DNA from: a virus
Taxonomy: Duplodnaviria > Heunggongvirae > Uroviricota > Caudoviricetes
Strand: one strand, 5' to 3'
DNA: 41,123 nt
IMG/VR virus record: IMGVR_UViG_2565956719_000013
The position numbers and the translations under genes are program-made. Each line of letters opens with the position of its first letter. The stretch's first letter is position 1. The notes beneath the pieces are model-generated. The model ran no database searches and had not been told where the DNA came from. It saw only the letters and a program-made list of their open reading frames with translations. Positions 8,778-17,357 of the stretch are shown in pieces.

Positions 8778-8798
8778 GCCCGCAGCGCGGGCTTTTTT
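8778..8798 (+). terminator. intrinsic terminator
   Basis: GCCCGC-AGC-GCGGGC hairpin followed by T6. Confidence 0.7.
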
Positions 8799-8870
8799 GT
8801 GGACGAAACAAAAGTCAGTGCTACACTCATTGACGCCACATTGAGGTGGCTTATAGATGGAAATGTCACA

Positions 8871-9032
8871 ATGAAAAAAGCATTTGCTGCACTGTTCGTT
8901 TTGTTGTCTCTGGTAGCTTCAACTCAGGCCTTTGCCGGTCGTTGTCAGCACGACAGCGATACCGCCGCTGACGGCTCCCGCTGCGGTGGGCGTTCTGCGG
9001 ATTCCCGCCCGGGCGGCGGTGGCATTCGTTAA
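8871..9032 (+). CDS. small secreted Cys/Gly-rich peptide, hypothetical
   Basis: ATG 8871; signal peptide MKKAFAALFVLLSLVASTQAFA; 53 aa; weak RBS. Confidence 0.3.
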   Translation: MKKAFAALFVLLSLVASTQAFAGRCQHDSDTAADGSRCGGRSADSRPGGGGIR

Positions 9033-9054
9033 AAACAAGGCCGCGAAAGCGGCC
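9031..9054 (-). terminator. intrinsic terminator ending the leftward late operon
   Basis: GGCCGC-GAAA-GCGGCC hairpin (9039-9054) with T-tract in minus orientation (A5 at 9031-9035 on + strand). Confidence 0.5.
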
Positions 9055-9055
9055 T

Positions 9056-9067
9056 GTGACATGTCAC
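9056..9067. repeat. 12-bp palindrome GTGACATGTCAC (copy 2)
   Basis: perfect palindrome overlapping TGA stop (9064-9066) of 9064..9360, 1 bp from terminator hairpin. Confidence 0.9.
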
Positions 9068-9360
9068 GTTCCTTTTCTGAATGATAGCCGTTCGAAAAAT
9101 GATGACATTCCACCGCAGACAATAGCAAAGATGATCCCACCAAAGAAGAGAAGGCCAGCCTGCCACCACTCCCACCGCCATACATCCACAGCACCAACCA
9201 TACCAACAATCGCTCCAACAAATGGAATATAGCTCACGATGAAAGCAATGGGGGCTGCAATTATCCAGTGCAATCCCCACCATGATTCAAGCCCAGCCAT
9301 AATTGCTGCCAACTGAAAAAGGCCAACGACGATATAAACAATGAATCCTATCGCTTGCAT
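9064..9360 (-). CDS. small multi-pass membrane protein, hypothetical
   Basis: AGGTGA RBS; 98 aa, 3-4 hydrophobic helices, Trp-rich; last gene of late operon. Confidence 0.55.
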   Translation of the reverse strand: MQAIGFIVYIVVGLFQLAAIMAGLESWWGLHWIIAAPIAFIVSYIPFVGAIVGMVGAVDVWRWEWWQAGLLFFGGIIFAIVCGGMSSFFERLSFRKGT

Positions 9361-9372
9361 GTAGTCACCTAT

Positions 9373-9546
9373 TTACCCAGTAAAAATCAGAGGCCTCCCC
9401 TCAATAAGGCTTGCAACAAGAACTATTCCCTGCACAACAAAGATGAACCAGCAAATAGCTTGAGTCTGAGGGTTAAGAAAATATTTGTAGCGGTCAATAA
9501 ATAACAACCCACCAGAAATTATCACACTCAAAATAATTAAAAACAC
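9373..9546 (-). CDS. small 2-TM membrane peptide, hypothetical (not in ORF track)
   Basis: GTG start 9546 after GGAAG; 57 aa hydrophobic; stop TAA 9375-9373. Confidence 0.3.
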   Translation of the reverse strand: MFLIILSVIISGGLLFIDRYKYFLNPQTQAICWFIFVVQGIVLVASLIEGRPLIFTG

Positions 9547-9555
9547 AACACTTCC

Positions 9556-12030
9556 TTATTGCGGAGTGACATCCTGAGGTCGCCACCAGTATGTCTGATT
9601 AAACTCTTTCTTCGAACGTTGCTCCATTTTACGCAAATAGCCTGGTGAAAAATACTCCTGCATCTGGTTCAAGATCATATGATCGAGAGCCGCCTTTAAG
9701 TACCAGAGATTCGCACCTGGCATCAAACCTTTCCCCAGCTTCACCAGATCACCACCAGTCTGCTCACTCTTCCCTTCCACAGCATTTAACGGTATGCCCT
9801 GAGCAATCTTCACTACGTCATCAACCAGACCAGCTACCGGGCCAAGCATCGACGCCAGCGCGCCGCTTCCGTACCTAGTGTGATCTGACAATAAAAAGTC
9901 ACCGTAAAGGCCAAGGCCACCACCTTTCAGTAGAGCACCAAGCCAGAATTTTGCGGCACCTTCTCCTGTCATCTCTCGAGGATTACGACCAGACGCAAGG
10001 TCGTTAAGTTGCTGCGACAAAGCGCCAAGAATGGTCGTACTGGCAATAAACGTCGCAATATATGCCGCACGCCCACCAGCAGACGGCATACCCATAGCGC
10101 GTGACCAGTGACGCATAACAACCGAGATAGGGAACGATTTAAACAGGAAAACACGTCTCGTTAATTCACCTTTCCATGTTCCACGCTGAATACCAGAACC
10201 GGTTATCAGTTGCTCACGTGCTCCCGGTGTAATAACAGCCATATCAACTTCTTCAGTTACGGCACCGAGCAGTTTACGCATTGCCTCAAATTTCACTCGT
10301 TCAGGCTCACCAAGATGTTTAACTGCTGAATCAGGGATACGCATAATGCTTTCCGGTGTCAGCATCGTATTATTACCGTTCCCCCAGTCCTCCTGTTGCG
10401 CCAGCTTCCATACGCTCCAGTCTGTGTCAGTAATCCCTTTGCTTTTCAGGATACGAAAATCAGAGTCATCGAGGCTACGAAGGTCTGGTGTCCGTGACAC
10501 TACTTCTCCCAGGCTTCCCATCATGGTTACGCCATAGGCGCGCTTGTGCGCATCTGACCATGCTGTAAGCCCACTGGCACGCATTACGGCCGTTGCCGCC
10601 CAACGAGACACTGACGGCCCCATATTATCCATCGCCCAGCGGTTAACGCTGCCAAGTAGAGATTCCATCGCCAGACCAGCGCGGCGCGCCCGCGCAAGTT
10701 CTGTACGGTTCGTTGGGTCCATAGCTTCAAGCTGGTTGCGGAATAACTGGTTCATTGGAAGGTTGGTAACCTTCGCAGACAGATACATGGTTCCAAGATC
10801 AGAGAACGATGACAGCAACGCGGATCCGAGTCTGCTGGCAACCAGCCAGTTGCGGATATTGTCAGACCATCGCGCGATGTGCGGATTCGCTACAGGCTGT
10901 GTCTTTCCGGAAATAAAGTTGTACAGATTCTCTGTGTTGTTCGCCAGCCGCTCGACTTTACCGGTTTTACTCGGGTTAGCTGTTGCCGTTTCTGCCTTCA
11001 CCTGATCAAGAAGAGAGCGGAAAACATGATCGGGGTTTGGGCCATATGTTTCCACCAGTGCAATATCTTTACTGATACCTTCAAGGTGACCGACCATGAT
11101 TTCCCATAGAGAGCGATCGCCATAAAGTTGCTGATATTGCAGATAGGAATCTGCATCTTTGAAATGTATCTGTCGTGATGCATTACCACGGTTAGCACGT
11201 GCGCCGGAAATTCGCATTCCGGTATCAGTAAGCTTATTCAGCCCACCAGTAGCGATCGTGTTATAAGCCTCTCCAAGAAATGCAGACAACTCGGCATCGT
11301 TCATCAGTTGTCCATCGGCTCGGGTATAATATTTGCGATCCAGCTTACCTATAACATCGCTAACCCATTTATCTTTTGATACCGCCCCAACCTTTTCCAT
11401 AGAATGATGTTGAGGGATCCCCCAGTTTTCGAGATAGCCAATGTCCCCACCAGCATCATTAAACCGGCGGCGCAGCAGCTCTGTAACTTCTCTCCACGCC
11501 TTAGCACCTTTTCTTGCTTTAGCATTGCCAGTATTTTGCCCTCGCATTTCATATACCAGATCACGCACGCCAGCTTCATCTTCAAACAGGCCAAAAAAGC
11601 GAGGATCAACTGCTTCAAATGCCTCCTGCAATTGACTCAATGCATAATCACGAGTGGCTTTTGTTCTGGACTCAACAGAGAGGAAATTCGATTTACCGTC
11701 TGCATTAAAAGCAATAGTACGGTTAAGAGCGCCAAGTTTCCCATCAGCCCCTTGATAGCTATTGATAAATTTATCCAATCTCTGACGTGCGGCTATAGTG
11801 AGGGCCACACGACGTTTCTTTAATGCCGCTTCTCGCTGTAATTCTTCAGATGCCAATTGTGCTGCTCGATATAGCCGCTCTGATTCGGAAAGTTGTCTCC
11901 ACGACATCGGGTCATCACGAGCAATGGAGCGCATATTTCGATAAATGCGGTCTTCAATGTTCTGTATTTCTCGCGCCGTTAACGTGCGCTGCGCCGCCTG
12001 CTGAACCGCTTGTATACATTCCTGTCTCAT
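9556..12030 (-). CDS. large internal virion / ejection protein
   Basis: 824 aa; GAGAGG RBS; position after two other large proteins matching T7 gp15/gp16-like core order; hydrophobic segments near C-terminus. Confidence 0.55.
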   Translation of the reverse strand: MRQECIQAVQQAAQRTLTAREIQNIEDRIYRNMRSIARDDPMSWRQLSESERLYRAAQLASEELQREAALKKRRVALTIAARQRLDKFINSYQGADGKLGALNRTIAFNADGKSNFLSVESRTKATRDYALSQLQEAFEAVDPRFFGLFEDEAGVRDLVYEMRGQNTGNAKARKGAKAWREVTELLRRRFNDAGGDIGYLENWGIPQHHSMEKVGAVSKDKWVSDVIGKLDRKYYTRADGQLMNDAELSAFLGEAYNTIATGGLNKLTDTGMRISGARANRGNASRQIHFKDADSYLQYQQLYGDRSLWEIMVGHLEGISKDIALVETYGPNPDHVFRSLLDQVKAETATANPSKTGKVERLANNTENLYNFISGKTQPVANPHIARWSDNIRNWLVASRLGSALLSSFSDLGTMYLSAKVTNLPMNQLFRNQLEAMDPTNRTELARARRAGLAMESLLGSVNRWAMDNMGPSVSRWAATAVMRASGLTAWSDAHKRAYGVTMMGSLGEVVSRTPDLRSLDDSDFRILKSKGITDTDWSVWKLAQQEDWGNGNNTMLTPESIMRIPDSAVKHLGEPERVKFEAMRKLLGAVTEEVDMAVITPGAREQLITGSGIQRGTWKGELTRRVFLFKSFPISVVMRHWSRAMGMPSAGGRAAYIATFIASTTILGALSQQLNDLASGRNPREMTGEGAAKFWLGALLKGGGLGLYGDFLLSDHTRYGSGALASMLGPVAGLVDDVVKIAQGIPLNAVEGKSEQTGGDLVKLGKGLMPGANLWYLKAALDHMILNQMQEYFSPGYLRKMEQRSKKEFNQTYWWRPQDVTPQ

Positions 12031-12035
12031 TTAAT

Positions 12036-13838
12036 TTAACCTCTCAAGAAACACGCCACAGCGACATCAAACAGGCTGGAATCCTGTATTGCCTGCTCAC
12101 TTTCCATGTTCGCTTCATCCAGTACTTCACGCGCACTGCGCGATTGTGGATTACCATCATCATCCAGCACGGTGATTATCATGTCAGGTGATTCAAGCAG
12201 CGAGTCTTCAGCTATGCGCAGATCAATATCTCCTGCCGGATCTGCCATCATCTTTTGTTCTGCCTGTTGCAATATCTTACCGGGCTCAAAAGGAGCTACT
12301 TCGTCTGGCGTCCTGACCTCTGCTGTTTTATAGAATGAAACAGCCTGAGCATTAAGTTCACTTTCTGCCTGCTGTCTCCGAGCCAGTTCTGCTCGAGCTT
12401 CAAAAAACTGACCGCCAGGCTCGTGCGGTGCCAACGCGTTACGGGAAAATTCCAGGCGTTCTTGTGCCTGCCGGATTCGTTGGTCAATATCGCGAAGTCT
12501 GACCTGTTTATCTGATCGAGCACGAGACAAAGCTTTACCGCTGCCGGTTGGCTCTTCTGCAAGAATTTGTGCGCGCTGTTCAGTGAGATTTTCAATAATT
12601 CGTTGGCTATTAGCGATTTCATACTGGTAAACCTGTCTATCGCCACGCGGCAAAAGCTGCGCGGCCTGTTCTTCAAGCAACCGATTTTCTATAGCGCGCG
12701 CCGTTACTCCATCATCTACAGATGACAGAGCCTCATTAACTGCCTGAGACAGCAGACTCTTACGCCCAGGAATTTCACTGAAAGATGCAGGCTCAACAAT
12801 GCTGGCAACGTCTACAGGTCTCCCTTGGCTAACATCAGACATAGCTTTTCGCAGAGCCTGAATGTGAGAATTGCGCGAAAGCACGTTGATCGGCACGCCG
12901 GGAGAAATATCAATTTCAGCATGATGAGCGGCATTCGCCGCCAGTGCAGCATCGATATCAACTGGTGAAAAATTTGGTGCGTTTGTAGACTCGCCGCGAG
13001 AGTTAATAAATCTGCCGACACCACCAAACGCCACCCCAAGAACAGCATCAATAGCAATTGCCTGTCGATCCAACACATCATACTGGTTAGCCATTTCGCT
13101 ATAGCCACCATCACGAAGTGTTTTTGCAGTAAGCCCACGCTGTGCCATACCGAACGCAATATTTGTACCTGCGGCATAGGCAATATCTGGCGTTGCACGT
13201 ACTGCTGTTGCTGCGGCGCGTCGCACTGAACTCTCACCCGTCCGCGCAAGCTGAGCCGCCACACCTTCCGCCAGCGCACCACCAGCACGTAACCCGAGGC
13301 TCATAGGGATCAGTGTTCCGGCACCAGCAGTAATGCCCTGCACTAATCCCGCTTCCTGCGCCGTCCTGAAATCAACACCCTGTGCTGTCAGCCGTTCAAA
13401 CTCAGAAAAACCCTGTAGCGAAGTTACCGCCGCCGCACCTCCGACAGGACCACCGAGCGTTGTACCGACAACAGCCTGCCCGCCCATATCGAACAACCCA
13501 TAAAGAACCTGCCCGGCGGTTCCGGTTGTCGCGGCATCAGGCGTCAGCCGCTTAACCTGCTGCTCTGCTAGTTTTCTCTGCTCGGCAATGTATGAAACTG
13601 AAGTATCATTGAGCGAGGTGTTTTCGTTAATAAACTGAGCAATCGGGGATACGATTTTATCCATCCCTGCCCATAGCAACTGATCTGGCTTTGCCACCAG
13701 CCCGGAGTACAAACCAGACAATGCCGCTCCTACAGCATTGTCGAAAAAACCAACATCGCTGTTAAAGCCCGCTGGATTTGATGCTGCTTCGTCAAGTTGC
13801 TGATTCTGGTTTACTGGATTAAGGCCAAAGTAACTCAT
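12036..13838 (-). CDS. internal virion protein (Gly/Ala-rich)
   Basis: 600 aa; GGAG RBS; ATGA overlap with upstream gene; Gly/Ala-rich N-terminal half. Confidence 0.5.
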   Translation of the reverse strand: MSYFGLNPVNQNQQLDEAASNPAGFNSDVGFFDNAVGAALSGLYSGLVAKPDQLLWAGMDKIVSPIAQFINENTSLNDTSVSYIAEQRKLAEQQVKRLTPDAATTGTAGQVLYGLFDMGGQAVVGTTLGGPVGGAAAVTSLQGFSEFERLTAQGVDFRTAQEAGLVQGITAGAGTLIPMSLGLRAGGALAEGVAAQLARTGESSVRRAAATAVRATPDIAYAAGTNIAFGMAQRGLTAKTLRDGGYSEMANQYDVLDRQAIAIDAVLGVAFGGVGRFINSRGESTNAPNFSPVDIDAALAANAAHHAEIDISPGVPINVLSRNSHIQALRKAMSDVSQGRPVDVASIVEPASFSEIPGRKSLLSQAVNEALSSVDDGVTARAIENRLLEEQAAQLLPRGDRQVYQYEIANSQRIIENLTEQRAQILAEEPTGSGKALSRARSDKQVRLRDIDQRIRQAQERLEFSRNALAPHEPGGQFFEARAELARRQQAESELNAQAVSFYKTAEVRTPDEVAPFEPGKILQQAEQKMMADPAGDIDLRIAEDSLLESPDMIITVLDDDGNPQSRSAREVLDEANMESEQAIQDSSLFDVAVACFLRG

Positions 13839-16348
13839 TGCGGAATATCTCCGGAGAATCTCTGACGCTTCTGTGTCAGATCAAGAACAACAGGAGAACC
13901 ATCATCTTTCAGCAGATAACCAGTACCAAGTTTCACCAGGTACTGACTATCGCCGTAACTTTGCAAACCATACTGACTAGGCGGTGTTTTTATCCCGGTG
14001 CCGACCACTTGTTCATTCCAAGCCTGATTAACCTGCTTATCGAATTGCTCTGCAGACATTCCCCACGGCAAAAGGACATTCCCCATTCCGTTATAGTCAT
14101 GCACGCCACCTGTAGCTACGTTAACAGCCTGCTTCCAGATATCAGTGTCAATTTCGCCTGATATCACGCCTTTTTTCGCCATCACACCAGCGTAATAGTC
14201 CTTTGCGATCTCGTATGCCATTGATGCCCCCTGAGCATCACCAGCAAATGCATCCTTCACCATGTCAGAAAACTCAAGGCGAAGATCAGCATCTTTAGGC
14301 ATCGGAATACCTTTCGCATCATCAGTACCTTTACGAGCCGCCGCGCCAGTAAGAATTGTCTGCGCAGCGGTTTCAGGAGACACGGAAACATCCGGATTAA
14401 ACCAGTTTTTTTCTGCCAAAATACCACCAGGCTTGTCCATCAGTATCCCGGCAACGGCAGCAGATGGAGCGTTGGCACTGATCTGCTGTAGTGCTGACAT
14501 ATACACCTGCCCACCACCAGTGCTCTGCCTGATGGTATCGAGATATGCTGCCTGTAGGGAAACTGGAGCATCACGAAAGAAAACACCGATCTGATTGGCC
14601 TCGTCTTTGGAAAAGAACGTCAGTGGAGTGCCATATGACTTAGCAAGGTCACTGACCTGAGCGGAACGCAAGGCAACGCTCTGTCCAAAGTTATCCTTAT
14701 TGCTCATGTCGATAGGCTTTGTCTGTCCGGAGGCAAGAGAGAACTGCACAGGATCCGACTGCCGCTGCTTTATCACCTGATTTGCAGCCGAAACAACGTT
14801 GTCATAAAGAGCTGCGCGTGCCGCATACCCCTCCCCTGTTTCACCAGTATCCGGGCGTAATTGCTCAACATATGCTGTAATGCTGCTTGTCGGCATGTTG
14901 CGGAAAGAGCCTATATACTGTCCGGCGATCTGCGTATTCTTAAACTCGGTATATCGCAGGTTTCCTTCTCTGACTCCATAAGCTGCAATAAAATCATCCT
15001 CACCAGGTGGGTTAGGAAATTCAACGCCCCGCATATACGCAGCTGTCGCATCGCGAACCTGGCTGTCAATCATCGTTTTATATTCAGCCTGCTGCTGCCG
15101 ACGCAGTTGATCCGCCTGTCGCATAAAACTTGCCTGCGCCTCAGGAGATGCCGCATCGAATGCTGCATTACCGGTATAGCGTTTGGTGTTGGTTGGAATT
15201 GTTGATAAACCAAGTGCTGCACTGACACCAGCAGTTAACTGCTGATCACTGTATGGCTGGCTACCGTTCTCATGATGAATAATGGCTGCACAAAGCGCCT
15301 TCAGGGTATCAGGATTTGATGCATCGAGAGGCTCATCAGCAGAAACGCCAAGTTGTTCGCACACTGATTTGATATACGACATAGTGTCATTTTTATCAGT
15401 GGGCGGTGCCCAGCGATTAATTATCTCGCTGACGGTATCGATACCCTGCCGCTGATACGACATCAGGTTCCGCCCTAATGCACGAATCCCGTGTTCAGGT
15501 GTTTCGAATTTAGCAAATCGACCATCATCACCGGTCTGGCCTACCCACGGATTAGTTTTGCTGTATTCGAGATTTCCTGGGTTATTGTTGCGTATGCCAC
15601 GGGCACGATCGGAATAGCTACTATCTGCTACAGCACGGCGAGCTCCAGCAGCAGTATCACTTAACTCGCCATTACTTTGGATGAATGCGGTCGCATTGTT
15701 TGCCGACCACTGGGACAATGCAGCATCAGCAACCTTCTCTTTAAACTCGATTTTCTTGGCCTGGATTTGCTCGTCACTCCAGCCATGTGCAATGCCGTAA
15801 TCCTCAATTTGCTGGAAAGTTTGCTTATTAGCCAATACGTATGCGGCGTTGTCGCCATACAATGCTGCGGCATTTTTACCATTGTTCAGCAGCGTAGCCT
15901 GAAACTGGCCTTCTTCGTAGGCATTTATTTGCCCTATCTCGTGCCGCCCTGCCTGCGTAGTGAACTGAATGCGCTGCTGCTGCGCCTGCTGCATGAAAGC
16001 ATTACGAGCCTGTTCATCCGGCAGCGACATAGCCAGTTGTTCGACCTGAGCATCAAACTGCTGCGTATACTCCTGACCTTTTCCAATAGCATTTTTCCCT
16101 TTCAGGTTAAGCAATCCTGTTTCAGGATTATTCAGCAGATCACTGCTTATCTGACTGAGGTTAAGAGATGCCTCCTGAGCCAGAGCGATATTGGCACGCT
16201 GTTTTGCCTGACCAAAAACATCAATTGCCTCTGTCCCTGCCCGAACAAAAGCATCACCAATACCTGGCTGAGAAAACGTCTGCAAGCCTGCTGACTGAAC
16301 TCCACGGCTCTGAACCTGACGGCCGGATACTGTTGGTACGACTGGCAT
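13835..16348 (-). CDS. large internal virion protein
   Basis: start moved to ATG 16348 (GGAGG RBS, TAATG overlap with upstream stop); contains GIRNNNPGNL motif of unverified significance. Confidence 0.55.
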   Translation of the reverse strand: MPVVPTVSGRQVQSRGVQSAGLQTFSQPGIGDAFVRAGTEAIDVFGQAKQRANIALAQEASLNLSQISSDLLNNPETGLLNLKGKNAIGKGQEYTQQFDAQVEQLAMSLPDEQARNAFMQQAQQQRIQFTTQAGRHEIGQINAYEEGQFQATLLNNGKNAAALYGDNAAYVLANKQTFQQIEDYGIAHGWSDEQIQAKKIEFKEKVADAALSQWSANNATAFIQSNGELSDTAAGARRAVADSSYSDRARGIRNNNPGNLEYSKTNPWVGQTGDDGRFAKFETPEHGIRALGRNLMSYQRQGIDTVSEIINRWAPPTDKNDTMSYIKSVCEQLGVSADEPLDASNPDTLKALCAAIIHHENGSQPYSDQQLTAGVSAALGLSTIPTNTKRYTGNAAFDAASPEAQASFMRQADQLRRQQQAEYKTMIDSQVRDATAAYMRGVEFPNPPGEDDFIAAYGVREGNLRYTEFKNTQIAGQYIGSFRNMPTSSITAYVEQLRPDTGETGEGYAARAALYDNVVSAANQVIKQRQSDPVQFSLASGQTKPIDMSNKDNFGQSVALRSAQVSDLAKSYGTPLTFFSKDEANQIGVFFRDAPVSLQAAYLDTIRQSTGGGQVYMSALQQISANAPSAAVAGILMDKPGGILAEKNWFNPDVSVSPETAAQTILTGAAARKGTDDAKGIPMPKDADLRLEFSDMVKDAFAGDAQGASMAYEIAKDYYAGVMAKKGVISGEIDTDIWKQAVNVATGGVHDYNGMGNVLLPWGMSAEQFDKQVNQAWNEQVVGTGIKTPPSQYGLQSYGDSQYLVKLGTGYLLKDDGSPVVLDLTQKRQRFSGDIPQ

Positions 16349-16893
16349 TATAATCCTCCGGGTAATCTGGTTCCTGCTGCTGCCCCGATTGGCGCAGGGG
16401 TGCTTTGAGTAAACGGACTCCACGTCCCACCAAACATCTGGTACGCACCGTATGCCTTCAGAGGCGCAGTGAGCAATGTTGTTGCTGCTCCCACATTCCC
16501 CTGTTTACGGGCTGAACTGGCTTCTGCTTTATAGTTGGCAGCCTGAACCTGATAACCGTAAGCCTCGCGTTGCGCGTTATTCACCGTCGTCAGAGAATCA
16601 AGAGCGCCAAACTGGGCAGTGTCGCCAAATATATCCAGCGCGTTACCTGTAGATAAATCAGCGCCGGTAGCCCCCATTGTCGCCGCCTGTGTACCAAGCC
16701 GCTGTCGGGTCTCTCTGCGCCGTTGCTCAGCTTCAGCGTTACCTCTGTTTATTGCATCATTTGCCTGAGCTGTGGCTATATCTGTGTTCGCTTCTGCAAC
16801 CTTCGAGACATACTTTCCCTGTTGGTACTGGGTGTATGCCTGAATGCCACTCATGGCGAGCATTGCGCCACCAGCAATAACCGGATCGCACAT
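16348..16893 (-). CDS. small virion protein, hypothetical
   Basis: GGAGAG RBS; 181 aa Ala/Gly/Gln-rich; TAATG coupling both sides. Confidence 0.5.
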   Translation of the reverse strand: MCDPVIAGGAMLAMSGIQAYTQYQQGKYVSKVAEANTDIATAQANDAINRGNAEAEQRRRETRQRLGTQAATMGATGADLSTGNALDIFGDTAQFGALDSLTTVNNAQREAYGYQVQAANYKAEASSARKQGNVGAATTLLTAPLKAYGAYQMFGGTWSPFTQSTPAPIGAAAGTRLPGGL

Positions 16894-17357
16894 TATTTTC
16901 TCTCCATGTGAAATCTGTGGAAATTAAGACCAAGAGCACCATAAGGCGCGGCTTCTTCAAGCCTGAATCCAAGCCAGTGCAGCCATGCTTTGGCAACATG
17001 GTTTCGCTCGTCGACGTAGTTTTCCAGGCGCGGATAAACTGCCAGCATCTGCTGCAATACAGGGCGGCAGTGGCGAAGAAATGTCTTCTGATATTTTTCA
17101 ATACGGCTGGTTCCTACCAGCCAGGGCGTACCATTGCCACCGATCATTGACGCCGGAGATACGCCAAACATGGTTACCAGTTCTCCGTTCGCAAATCCTG
17201 ACCAGGCCATAGTCGCAGTGCGAAGACCAACACGCAGCGCATCTTCGGTAGTCATCAGCGATACCGCATACAGTTCGTCAATATCAGCCTGACGAACATC
17301 CGGCAAAATCATCTGAAGATGCTCTTCGGTAGCGGGAATAATTTGAACGTCAATCAT
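16893..17357 (-). CDS. hypothetical virion/assembly protein
   Basis: GGGGGA RBS; 154 aa; position equivalent to T7 gp13/gp14. Confidence 0.45.
   Translation of the reverse strand: MIDVQIIPATEEHLQMILPDVRQADIDELYAVSLMTTEDALRVGLRTATMAWSGFANGELVTMFGVSPASMIGGNGTPWLVGTSRIEKYQKTFLRHCRPVLQQMLAVYPRLENYVDERNHVAKAWLHWLGFRLEEAAPYGALGLNFHRFHMERK

Noticed and set aside
10544-11005. Several + strand ORFs of 60-250 aa inside the late operon (also 15677..16294, 19385..20089, 23760..24497, 27440..27946)
   Set aside because: All are antisense to long minus-strand genes with coupled starts and stops; typical shadow ORFs.
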